DNA of 64,000 nucleotides from Perkinsus olseni (Eukaryota): NCBI GenBank assembly GCA_013115125.1, contig JABANN010000028.1, positions 1 to 64,000 of the forward strand, read 5' to 3'. Shown piece by piece: positions 23,828 to 35,506 of this stretch (position 1 is its first letter; each line of letters starts with the position of its first letter). The notes under the pieces were generated by a model. It saw only the letters and a program-made list of their open reading frames with translations, ran no database searches and was not told where the DNA came from. The position numbers and the translations under genes were made by a program.

Positions 23828-26800
23828 TTATGCTTTCAGACCCTTCATCTCCAAGAAGGCCTCCTGGTTGGGCTCACGTCCGAGGAACTCCTTGAGTATC
23901 TCGGAGGCGTCCACAGCACCACCACGGGACAGGATGGTCCTGACAGGATGACCATTGCGAGCAAATAAAAATGACAACGGGAAACTCACTTCCTGTACTC
24001 CATGCCGGTTTCGGGGTTAAGGAGGTTATGAGGCTTCTTGAACTTAGTCAAGAATAGGTCATCAGCGAAAACCTCCGCCCACAAGTACGAGTAGTATCTG
24101 AGACGCGTACAAGCCGCTGAGCGTGAGTTGAGAGTTCCTGAGTTGCTCAGAGCTGAGCAAGTCGCAGAGGTTGGAAGACGTCACGCTTACTTGGCATCAT
24201 AGCCGCACATATGGCCGAAAGTGGCGGGGAAGTGGCTGCCCTCCTGCTGCTTCACACCCATAGTCTGCAGGGAGATGTCGTTGAAGGTGGTGGTGATATC
24301 ACTCGGAGGGTTCACTGAAATGGTCACATAAGACCCGCTAGGGGGCGGAGAGGTGTCTCACCTCCGTGGATAGTCTGATCGAAGTTGTCAAAGACCAACT
24401 GCCTCTGAGTGTTAATCCCCTCGTTGGCATCACGAGACTTGATAAGCTTTTCAATAAGATCATCAGGAAGGGGCTCATGAGTCTTGTAGTGGCACGACAA
24501 CCGCTTCAAGATCTGACCAACCGGACGAGGTTTCGCAGTCGAAAAATCAAAGGCATATTACGTCCTTCTCCCAGCACCAATTTTCCAGCATCTGTGAGGG
24601 GCACTCGACGAAGTCCTGTTCCACACTCGTGCCTACAAGACACAGGCCTTGGATGTCGAGGACAGAGGCGAACTGCCCTACCGGCAAACTCGGCGTATTC
24701 GACGTTCTCAGCACAGATGTGATGCATGCAATGGCCGAACTCGTGGAAAAAGGTGACGACCTGAGCGGAGCGACGCAATGACGACTGATGAAAGCGACAA
24801 AAAGAACTACTACCTCATCGTGCGTGAGAAGGGACGGCTTGGTTGGTGTCGACTTGGTGAAGTTGCAGACGAGAGAGCACACACCGTAGCTCCTCTTGCC
24901 CTTGTACTGGACATTGGGCTGCAGGGGGAAGAGGGCTGCGTGAGAGTATCTGTAGAAAAGTGCGTGGAGGTCGCGTTAATCGCAGAGGGCAAAACCTACT
25001 TTCCCTCCCTAGGGAACATGTCCATATAACAGTAGCCGATGAATCGACCATCAGCAGCATCACTGACGGCTAGGCAGACGACATCCTCATGCCACACGGG
25101 CTGGTCGGTCACCTGGTAACACACCCATCGACCCCTAATGCTTCCTCACAGTGGCATACAGAAGGTGAGGTTCCCCTCATTGACAGAACATGACGGAGAT
25201 GGCACTGGGCCCTCTTACCCTGGTGAACTTTAGTCCAAGGATGCTCTCATAGAGCTCCAATAGAGTCTTGAGGACATGTTCGAAGGGGAAGTACTCTTGG
25301 ATAAGAAGCTGGTCTGAAGGGAAGGAGGCAGAGTTAGCTAGAGAGCGGTACTAGCATAACAACTCACCAACAGAATAGTTCTTCTCCTCGACGAGGTTAC
25401 GGTAGTAGCTGAGGTCGTAGGAGTCAAGAGGCTCTTCCATGGTTGCGCCCTGAAGGGGAGGGTATCCCAGAAGCTCAACGATACAGACGAAACCTACAGT
25501 ATCCTCCTTGCGTAGATCCTTCAACAGCTTCATGTCGCTAGCTCCACGACCCCTGATCGACAGAGCGGCACATGCACAAGGAAAGCGAGAAGCTGTAGCG
25601 GCGGGAAAGGCCAGACCGCCCCGGTGTGATCGTATTACTTCACCTTGTCCTCGATACCGTGGAGGAAGTCCCTCACAGTAGGAGCGTTCTTTGCCATCTT
25701 CAACTCGGTAGCGAAATCGGCGTGGGACGGGAAGCCAAGGATTCCAGCCTGTCAATCAGCATTCAGGAAATTCCCCGTGGGGGAGCCTTTTCACACGTAC
25801 CCTCTCCTTCCTGAGCTTCACGAGTTCCGCAAGAATCTCGGTGTTGTCATCAGCACAACGGTTGTTGAAGGCGCTGAGGAGCAGCACAGTCAGAATTCAA
25901 ATACACCGCCGAAAGGCACCTACAAGTCCATTTTTCTGCGGGTCTCGCGGACCTTGCATTTCTTCGCAATAGGAACGTAATGGGGGTATTTCAGTGTTAC
26001 CTGAGACAGGGAATAAAAAGGAGTGACGGGGAACTGAACCCGGGTACTTTGTATTTGCCCGACTCGGTCTTTTCCAATGTCTCGAGGAAGTCGTCGGACA
26101 TGCCATCCAACTCTTCCTTAGTGAACTCCAGTACCTAGCCAGGACCCATGGCGGCATTTTCCAATCGCTAGCGTATACGACTGGGAATCACGCGAGGCTG
26201 CTTGATAGCAGAACGTGCATCCTAGGGGAACAAATTCTGCCCTGCTACTCCGTCCGCACGCGGACATTTTTTAAGGAGATTCCTTCGTGCCGCCATGGTC
26301 TCTGCGCGGGAATTTCGCTCACGCCGATCCTCCTAACGTAGGATTGCCACTAGGAAGAAACCTCCTCCCGTGAACATACCATACACGGAGAGCCGAGAGG
26401 AACTTGAGACGTCACCGAAGCCGCCCAACACGGTGGGGAGTCAGAGTGTTGTCGTTATTACAGTATTCTCCTCGCCGAGGTTTTTACTGAACTTGATGGA
26501 CAGCTCAGACATCCTCTTCTTCATCTTCTCGATCTCCTCTCTGGAAGCCTCATCCAAATGAAGACCATTACGTCTGCCTTCCTTGATGGAACGATCGAGC
26601 AACCTTGCAAGTGACGAGGTCCACAGATACCCTTTTTCGAACACCTCAACACCTTTCACTTTCAGCGTCCATCTGAGGATGTTGCTCCTGCAAGGCCACT
26701 AGGACATCGAAGACGTCTTTACGCATGGACATCTCGACGAGATGCTCCGAAAGTTTCTAAGGACCAGAATCCAGCGTACCATAACGGTACTTGCCGCCGA

Positions 26801-27308
26801 CTGCTCACCTGATCAGCCTCGGAGCTGGCCTCCCTGACTTCCTTGTCAGGGGAGACATTCTGAAGGAACTCCATAGAGCTGTACCGAGGGTAGAAGTCAA
26901 CCCAGAACTCATTGGGCACGCCGAGGACGTTGTCGACGGTAACGTCGGAACCTGCAGGGGAGGTAGAGTAGCACTGAGAAGAGGAAAGAAGAAGGGGAAG
27001 AGATGGCACCCTTCAAGGCAGCTAGACGGTTGTGCATGTCTGTGGACTCCTTGATAAGTTCGGTGGTCTGGGCCTTGATGTCATCGACCGTGAGATCGAA
27101 GTTCAACTTATTGAGAGAGGTGCTGAGAGGACGATTGTGATGATGATTGGAAAGACTCTGATGAAGGGACCAGGCTCGCGGCTATTGAACACGAGCCTAC
27201 TGGGAGATCCGAGCTGGCCTGTTGAGGTAGGTCCAGAGGAGAGCTAGTAGAAGTGCAATGAATGCCGTGATACGATAGAGGTCCAGACTGAGACCATCTA
27301 GTAGTCAT
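23828..27308 (-). CDS. Peptidase M3A (thimet oligopeptidase/neurolysin-like), multi-exon
   Basis: [11 protein letters not shown] (HExxH); [58 protein letters not shown]. Start may be 27308 or 27363. Confidence 0.93.
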
Positions 27309-28242
27309 AAAAGGGTGGATGCCGATATAGGTGAACGATAGAGTGGCCCGTGACCTACCTCATGAATCTTGCGAGAGGTCTGATAAGCGATGGTCGAAAA
27401 AAGGTGGGACTGTACAGTGGACGGAGGACCGCTGTTAACATAAAACCTACTGATGAGAGAAAAAGTGTTACATGCTACTACGAAGGAGGTCCCGTTGTGT
27501 GCTTGTCCCTGTGCGAACGGAGTTTTCACTCCGATTTCGAAAGTTGACAAAGAATCTCGGAAAACTAGCGGAGCGATGCCGAGTGATCATCATTACGTCT
27601 CCATGGCTAGCATGCACACGAGCTCACGTGCTCCAGCGTTGAGTGTGTGTGAAAGTTCTATGGCGTTTGGAGGTTACATATCGCCAAGACGTCCGTGAAT
27701 CAGAGTCAAGCAACTTAGAGTGACTTTGCCCTTCACAGAAGATCTCCAAGTGAGCGGAACCTCGGCGCCCTTCGCCACGCCGGAGAGGGTTGGTCAATGA
27801 TTGACATGGTGAGGTCCTCCCATCGACAACACCTTCCCGGGCTTGTTCGAATGGAACTAGAAGGAATGAAGGACAGCAGAAGGATTGAATTATTGGTATT
27901 GCATATTCAGGGTAACAACACCGCTAGCCTTGTAGTTTGTTACACGAGTTATACCGATCACTTGGGACTCTATCAATATGTAAAGACGGTCGATCCCGTT
28001 TGCAGGATCGTAGCCTGCTCTCACATCTCTCTGCCCTCATACTTTTCTGAGTTAGCTCACTAATCAGCCGGACAGTATCACGCAACATACGCATAGTATA
28101 ATCCTGTGCTTCTTACAATGCTCATCTGTGTGCAGCACACTCTCCAGAGGCACTTGACTAAATCGATCATAATGGCGCGCGCTGATTTTCGGTTTCACGT
28201 GCATTGCGTTCACCAACTTCACTCGCTCCCTCCCCCTACATC

Positions 28243-29229
28243 ATGTCCGGTGAAAGGAAAGTCTACGTCGGAAATATTGAGGAAGGTGCTCCCTAGGGGT
28301 GGTTGCGTCTCCCCATTAGTTGGAGTCCTGCGGTCGTGGGCGTCATTGACGAGCTTCTTGACCCTTTACTACCGTTGTTTTACAGGCACTCGAGAGGAGG
28401 AGCTCGAGAAGGTGTTCAAGCGATATGGCGGACTAGAGTCCGTCTGGGTGGCTCGGAATCCTCCGGGATTTGCTTTCGTTGTAAGTAGCGAGGCCGGTGG
28501 TTGTCGGTGTATCATTTGACGTAGCTGTGGTTGATGATGTTGTTGTTCTGATTTCCTTGTTTACAGGGCTGAGTGACTGAGAGGGTTAGCCTCCTGCTCG
28601 TCTGGTCCTGTTACGAGCTGCTAGAGATACAGCATCATTCTCCGCTACATTACCACCACTGAATCGTCGCCTATCTGCATCATCATACGACAGAGAAATA
28701 GCCACAGCCGACCTGCTGCTTCACGATCATCATCAAATCTTCATCGTCCGCTGCTCCCTGCTACTTTGTCATCCTCCTCGCTGTAGACGTTTGAGGACGC
28801 TCGAGACGCTGATGATGCCTGCAGAGGAGAAGACGGCAAGGATTTCAATGGACGAAGGTAAGCCTACTCAACCCGCCCGAGGATGGCAGATTCCCGGATC
28901 GTCTATTCCAGCATTCGAGTCGAGATCGCTAGACGCAAGTCTGGTAAAGGCAAGGGAAAGGGCAAGGGGTTCAGCAGTTGGTATCGTGGTGGTAAAGGCG
29001 GCGACTACGGTGGCGGCTATGGGGGCTATGATGGTGGATACGGTGGCGGCCGTGATGCTGGGTACGGCGGTGGTTACGGCGGTCGTGATCGCAGTAGAAG
29101 TAGGTGGCTTGGGATTGGCATTGAGATGAGGATCCGTTCCCTGCCTTGAAAGGTACCAGCAGAGATCGCCGTAGACAGAGGACAAGATCCCGCTCCGGTT
29201 CAAGGGATAAGAATTTCGATAGACGTTGA
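28243..29229 (+). CDS. SR splicing factor, SRSF3/SRSF7-like, paralog 1 (RRM, Gly/Tyr-rich linker, RS tail)
   Basis: [57 protein letters not shown]...IRVEIA; GGGYGG repeats; RDRSRS tail. Confidence 0.92.
28567..28584 (+). promoter_or_regulatory. Candidate 18-nt poison exon or alternative 3' splice site in SR paralog 1 intron 28481-28786
   Basis: tttccttgtttacag|GGCTGAGTGACTGAGAGG|gttagc, with TGA in all three frames. Confidence 0.6.
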
Positions 29230-29343
29230 GTACGATGACAGTACCCTAATCGTTGGTACTTTTTATTATTACTACCAATCCACTGTTGTTGTGCTGTGAG
29301 GGGACTTGGAGATACGTTTATTGTGTAGTTGATAGAGATCATC

Positions 29344-30360
29344 ATGGCTTCCGAAGGGCGCAAGGTCTTCATTGGCAATCTGGATCCTGGTGAGGGGATA
29401 AGTGAGGATGCGGAGAGTTGGTATTGGTGGTTCCCGTGGCAGGTGTCCGACCTGGTGATCTTGAGCGTATTTTCGAGCGTTACGGCCGAATCGAGCAGAC
29501 TTGGGTTGCTAGGAACCCGCCGGGATTTGCATTTATTGTAAGCAAAGGGTCATCACCTCACTCGTATGAATGGCTGCTCGTACGATTTGGAGAGCTTTCC
29601 TGTGACGTTGGTTCGGTGGATAGGGCCGTCAACGCCATAACTTCCTTCACCGTCCGACTCTGCTACGATCGTCCGACCGTCGGCGGCGGCGGCTTCGACT
29701 CTTCGCGTCAAATCCACCTCCCTGTCCCTTCTCTTCCTTCAACTCGTCGTCACCATCCTGAAAATGACAAGGGCCTTGTTATGGAAGTGTAACGAGGAGG
29801 TGCAGCGTCTTCGCGACAACTATACGCACCTTTCGTGTGGGAGGTCGCTACGACGTCGTATCGAGTGAGTATTTGTAGACGTTTTGCGACTCGCGTGATG
29901 CGAAGAATGCCGTTGACAGTGAGGACGGGCGCGACTTCCAAGGGAAAAGGTGAGGGTTGGCTGGGCATCAACCACCTCGTGCGTATTCTCTATTCCTTCA
30001 GGATGCGTGTAGAGATATCTGTCTCCCGTAACGAGCGCGGTGGAAGAGGTCGCAGCATGTGGGAGCGAGGTCCGCCTAGGAGATCGCGAAGTGAGCGTCG
30101 GATCCCACCCTAGTAACGCCATATCCGTCTTTTCAGGCCGATCTCGCGATCGTCGTTCTCGGAGCCGGTCAGACAGTCGCCGTGAGAAGGGGCGCTCCCG
30201 CTATGACAGATAGTGAGCTTGGGTGCTCGGCAATTGTTCTCCCGAATAATCGCTGTCTTTCAGTCGCTCGAGATCCCGTTCGTCCATTGGGTCCAGGTCG
30301 CGATCTGGCTCTGGCAGCCCGACCAAGTCCAAGTCTCGTCCCGCTGAGGATAAGGAGTAA
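29344..30360 (+). CDS. SR splicing factor, SRSF3/SRSF7-like, paralog 2
   Basis: [58 protein letters not shown]...MRVEIS; RSRSRS tail. First three intron positions match paralog 1. Confidence 0.92.
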
Positions 30361-30599
30361 CCTAACGATATTGCCATTATTACACTAACGCTCTCCTCGG
30401 GCTTTTGTTGTTAAACGCGATCTGGTGGAGTATCGTCGCGCGCCACGAAATTTCGATTTGTATTTGCAGTTGGATTTTTTCTCTTGTCCCGTCATCTCGC
30501 TCCGCTTTATTGTTGTCCGTGGTATTCTCCGTGCACAATCCACGACTATCAGTCCGGCTACCGATGTTTAACTAGGTTTCTGTGTAAACCTAGAGGAGC

Positions 30600-33357
30600 T
30601 CTTCGACGCTTCTTGCCGCCCTTCCGCTGCGGTCGCTGTGGTGTTGGTCGCAAAGAACAACGCCGACTTGACGAAGATGTCCGGTCACGATACCAGTTGA
30701 AATTGGGCGAAATTGATCCACAACTGATTGTTAAGAAGGAGCTCTCCGATGACGAGCTCGTCGATTATGGCATACAATTGGCTCAACTCGCGAGTGTTGC
30801 CAAGAGCAACGGTAAAAAGGTGCATTATCTGCACTTCGCTAAGGCAAGTTGGCGCAGCGTTCTTGCCTGAAAGGGTCAGGATCATTTACTTCAGGACTTC
30901 CTCATGGAAGCTTTAAGTCGTCAACAAGGGAATATCGGCTGTCGTGGTATCGACGACGAAAATATGGAACAACAGGAAGTTCTCGACCTGGGTAAGTGCG
31001 AATGGCTGAAGGTCGCCTGATCGTTTTGGTTGCTCAGATTCGAGCATTGATGCTGCTGATAGCCTGCGGGCCCATCTAGCAGCGGTGCTCGTGACTCTCG
31101 GGGAAGATCCTCAAGTGGTAAGAGAGAAGCTGGCTCCTTGTGAAACTCAGGAGGATGTGGCTGGGGAAGCGATGCCGGCGGTGAGCCACTCGCAATTGTA
31201 GCATTCGGAGCATCTTATTTCGTATCTTTTTTCAGATGGATGTTGTGGAGAGTGTGCATAGCACTGCTCCAGTCAACGGATCGGCGGCAGCGGCAGTGCG
31301 AGAATGCATCGCTTTCGATTCGCCGCAGAAGTCGTCCTCGGCAGGGAAGACTGAGGTTGGTTGTCTCACAGCTATCAAATTTTCACGGCTGCCGCTTCCT
31401 CAGGGCAAGGCTGGTCGCCTTTGGGTCGAAGCTTCCAAGGGTGGTACAAGGACACCGGTGTGCATTTGTTCGTACTGTTCCGTGCTGCAGCGCTACCACG
31501 ACCCCCTCCGGCGAAGGTGTCTGTTGAAGGACCTAGAAAGCGGCCAGTAGAGAGAGAACGAGTGAAGAGTGTCGAGGTGAATTCGGCCACGGCCAGCCGT
31601 CTGTGAGGCTCGTTGACAGGTTCTAGATCCCGGAGGCGGCTCTGGAGGCAGCAGTCTCTTCCTCGAGCCCACCACTCACTCTCTGCAGCGAACCATGCTC
31701 TCGATGAGTCGGAATTATGTTCCTCTGGGGGGCCTGTCTATAGACGAGGAGGACGACGAGGATGCACTCAAGGTAGTGGAAATTACCGCGGTTTTCGCGA
31801 TTCGAGAGGTGGCGTTGACTTCAGGACGGCTGCTACATGAGATTGGACTCCACCGACGCCAAGGGGGGCTCGGTCTTGTGGAGCTCTCCGCCATCAGAGT
31901 TGGCGACGGAGCGTAGCAAGGCAATCGCTCCGAGCGCGTTGATGCTCTCGACTATGCGTCCAGACATGCTCGATGACCAACGAATGCGACTGGTGGGGAG
32001 TGGAGGCAGTACCTCGAGACGTCCTAGTATGGTTGGTTTTAGGTGAACCTGAGTATGATGGCAGCGTCACCCAGCATGGCGGCCTCGTCCCTCGGCACCA
32101 TAGCCGTGAATGGCCCCCTCGGCAGCCCCTGCCTCTCTTCCTGTGCCTCATTGGCTCGTTCATGCTCCAACTCCTCACTGCCGGCGGCGATGTCCCCGCG
32201 GGTCTACGATAGAGCCAACCTTGCTGCCTCCAGTGCTGCGATCAACAACATGCATTTGCAGGTACTGGCGGGCTCTGCAGTTGGAACTATTGTCATTGTC
32301 GCTGCTGGGTCAGGTTCGCATACATAATGGAGTTTCTGGGGAGGAGCAGTCTCGGTTCGACTTACCCTTGGCACAGGCCGGCGGGAGTAGGTCGTCGTGG
32401 CACCCTGCTCGTTGGCAATATTTCCTTCCCTCGTCAGGCCCTGAGTCAGTTCTGTTTACTTTGGATAGATTCTGTCAGCACTTTTCCTCTTGCCCGATTC
32501 AGAGACTCCAATGGCTCTGCCATGATGGAGAGAAAGTCACACGTACTCCACAGTCTTCGGACCTGCCCTGTGTGATTGTAGTTGGCAGGTGAGCGTTGTG
32601 ACGTAAGGATGCTGGCCTCTGCCCTGGGCCACCCCGCCCCTCTGCCAGCACTACTGCTTTGTAAGAACCAGGTCAAGGTATTGTTGTATGATTATCTGGG
32701 TGTGGCCAGGCACGGTTCCTATGACGCCGGCTTGCGAGATGGGAGTCTTTGTACCACGGCAAGGGGAGGGGGACCCTATTCGACTCAAGTCCCTTTACCC
32801 GAGACGGGTCGCAGGGACCGGCCCTGTGGAGGTACTGTGGCGCTGTCCCCGTTGTTGTGTGTCTTGTATTGAGATTTAAATATTAATATCATCTCCATAG
32901 ACGTTATTACAACCTCATGTGGTGAAAAGATGGTATGTCGGTCATGAGATTTCAAGATGATTGATAAGTGTCAACATAATGCATATAGTGGACGAACATG
33001 CATATCATCAGTAATTCTCTATTGTCATTTCTCAGTTACGACTCGGCACCTCCTACCTGCCGGAGGGCCACGTATACTCGGTAGTGTTCACCAGCCAATG
33101 GGATTCTGGCCAGATGTTCACAGCCAATTGTGCTGTTAATGCAGGTGAGGGTGCAACTGCCGTGCCGCGGCTCCGGGATCGGCCTTTTTCAGACCGTATG
33201 GGGGTTGTGCTGATGGTACCATCAGAGCTCTTGCATGCCGCTTGGTTCCAATACGGCAACGACCTCTACGATGTGAGTGATTCCGTCTGGTCTGCTGGGT
33301 ATCTTTCATGTTGATCTCGTAGGTTCACCTAGTTATCGATCGAAAATATCGTTCTGA
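30600..33357 (+). CDS. Hypothetical multi-exon protein (possible degenerate WD40 strands); boundaries approximate
   Basis: Chain of in-frame exons (KLGEIDPQLIVKKELSDDEL...; DFLMEALSRQ...; VLAGSAVGTIVIV; TVWGCADGTIRAL), including a GC donor at 30844. Confidence 0.45.
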
Positions 33358-34071
33358 AAACCGCCGCGCCCTCACCGTCCAGTCCCCGAGCGAGATAGGT
33401 TCCTCTTCTAGCGGCACCGAGGGCTCGCTCAGCTTTGAAGTCTTCGATATGGAGAGGGGCAGCAATGCTGCAATAGTAACCTTATCGAACTCTTATGATC
33501 CGATTCATCGGTCCTTGCTTCAGGACGGCACCTCACCGTATCGTAATACGCCAACTAACTGGACGCCCTTGTCCGACTGACCACCGCCAAGGCCTTTTGA
33601 ATGCTCTCAGATTGCATGTGATTCTTCTTCTTCTCGATTGTCTATAATTCGCTTGGCTGCTTATCCGTATATTATTTTTGTTCTCTGATGAGAGGCAGTT
33701 CCTATGTCAAGCCTCTCTCTGTCGTCTAACACTGGTCATCGGCCTGTCCAGTGATGGACGAACGATTATGCCCTCGTGTAATATTCCATACTCCGTCTTC
33801 ACGATTCGACAATTACGATCGTTCACGAACTGCTGCTACTGCTGCTGCCTTTGATGATGCATGACGCTGAGCTTACTTGGATCGCAGGGAGGAGACAGTT
33901 GTTGTGTTGGCCTAGTGGTGGAGGGCGTGGCGTTGATGATAGACCCTTATGATAAATGGGGATTGAAGGTGGAATAATTACGAATAGTCTGGGGGCCTGC
34001 CTGATGGATGGAGCGCTAGGATTTGCCTTTCTTGTCTTTGCTGCTTCCCTTCATCTCATTGCTATCTGAAG

Positions 34072-35382
34072 ATGGGCAGACGGAAAGGGTAGTACTGCTG
34101 GGTCTTGAAGAAGCACCGCATACTCTCCGTCCTCTCGGGTCTGTAGCATTTCCGCCTTTTCGGGTTTGTGGAAGTGCTCATGTAAACGCCTATGATGCTG
34201 TGCCTGCGGGAGTTGTTCTTCTTTGCCCACGGAAATATCACCTCTTTACTGCGTGAGAGCGCGAAATGGCGTCGTGGGATGATAGGGGGTGTTCATTGGA
34301 AGTCTCCTGACTTCGAACGAAGCGCACTTGAGGTTGAACTTGGATATCTTTGGGGCTCAGTAGATGCTCTTTGAAGAATAGGTGAAAATTAGATGCCCCC
34401 TTGGGAAGGTGATTACCGAGGCTTCGAAGACTTAAGGGGAGTATCACTATATTCTCTGCTATTGTCATGTTCTCGAGTGGGCTACCCACGGTGTGGTGTT
34501 TGTGATTCAGAAAGGCGATGAAGGCAGCGAGGCCGAAGCCAAAGTTGGACACTACTTTCGATTGTCCATTCTGCAATAGTGAGAAGTAAGAGTAATACCA
34601 TCTTCTTCTCAATTCACGGGGTTTGTCGCACTCCACGTACGTCTTCGCGGTTGAAGACGAGTATAACAGCTTCAGTAGAGTGATCGCTGATTCAGAACTG
34701 CTTTGAGGTGGCCGAAAGGCGTCATCGCGAGCACAAGCCTCGCCTCATCTAGCGTCCCGATTGGGTCTCCGATTTGACGGATCACCCTGGGTTGGTATCA
34801 TCATCATGATGCAGGTCGATTGAAGTCAAGATGGATCGACAGAAGAAGATAGGGACTCTGCGGTGTAGGATGTGTCATGTTGATTACCAGATGCGGATAC
34901 AATGTAGTAGAAGGGCGCTCTGGGAGGGCTCATCGGGATTGGACAGTCGCAGCGGGACTCCGCTTCAAGAGTGCTAACGTCGTTCTAGTGAGAGGGGGAG
35001 AAGCAATATGCAACTTGGGTGCTGGAGTACGTTCTTTGTGATTGACGGCCGATCGAACGTGAGCGTGTGTTGGAAGAAAATAAGTCAGGCCCGAATGGTT
35101 AATCGGGAGGTAAATTAGGTTCGAAAAAATGAATTAGTAAGGTTTTGGAACAGCCTTCAGACGGCTAGAAGATGCCTTACTGCATCAGATTTGCACGAGC
35201 CAGTCGACGTGTACGCCCATTGGGTCGATCAGTGTGAAGAGCTCAATCAACGTGAAAGAGATGAACGGTCCTCCAAGCGACGAAGGCTGGATGAAGACTC
35301 TCTCTCGTAGGGAAGCCTTGCCCAGGTCACCGACACTTGTCGCTTACTCAGGGAGTCCGAGTCTGGTGAAAGTGACTATTAA
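34072..35382 (+). CDS. ELF1: Transcription elongation factor Elf1 (zinc ribbon)
   Basis: MGRRKG|KAMKAARPKPKLDTTFDCPFCNSEK|SIEVKMDRQKKIGTLRCRMC...|YLHEPVDVYAHWVDQCE. Stop at 35310 or 35382. Confidence 0.93.
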
Positions 35383-35506
35383 TAGAGAAGAAGTACCATT
35401 TACGATCATCCCCACTGTTGCTTCCCTGAGCCTATTGTCTTACTGTTCACGTTAATGTTTGGTGCCGGAGGGAGGAGGATTCTGTACTGCAGTGAAAGTT
35501 CTTGTG

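Noticed and set aside
33686-33720. CTGATGA followed by a GAGGC/GCCTC stem (hammerhead-like)
   Set aside because: No GAAA after stem II and no stems I/III.
34686-34722. CTGA...GCCGAAAGGC in an ELF1 intron (hammerhead-like)
   Set aside because: Core spacing is wrong; only a GNRA hairpin.
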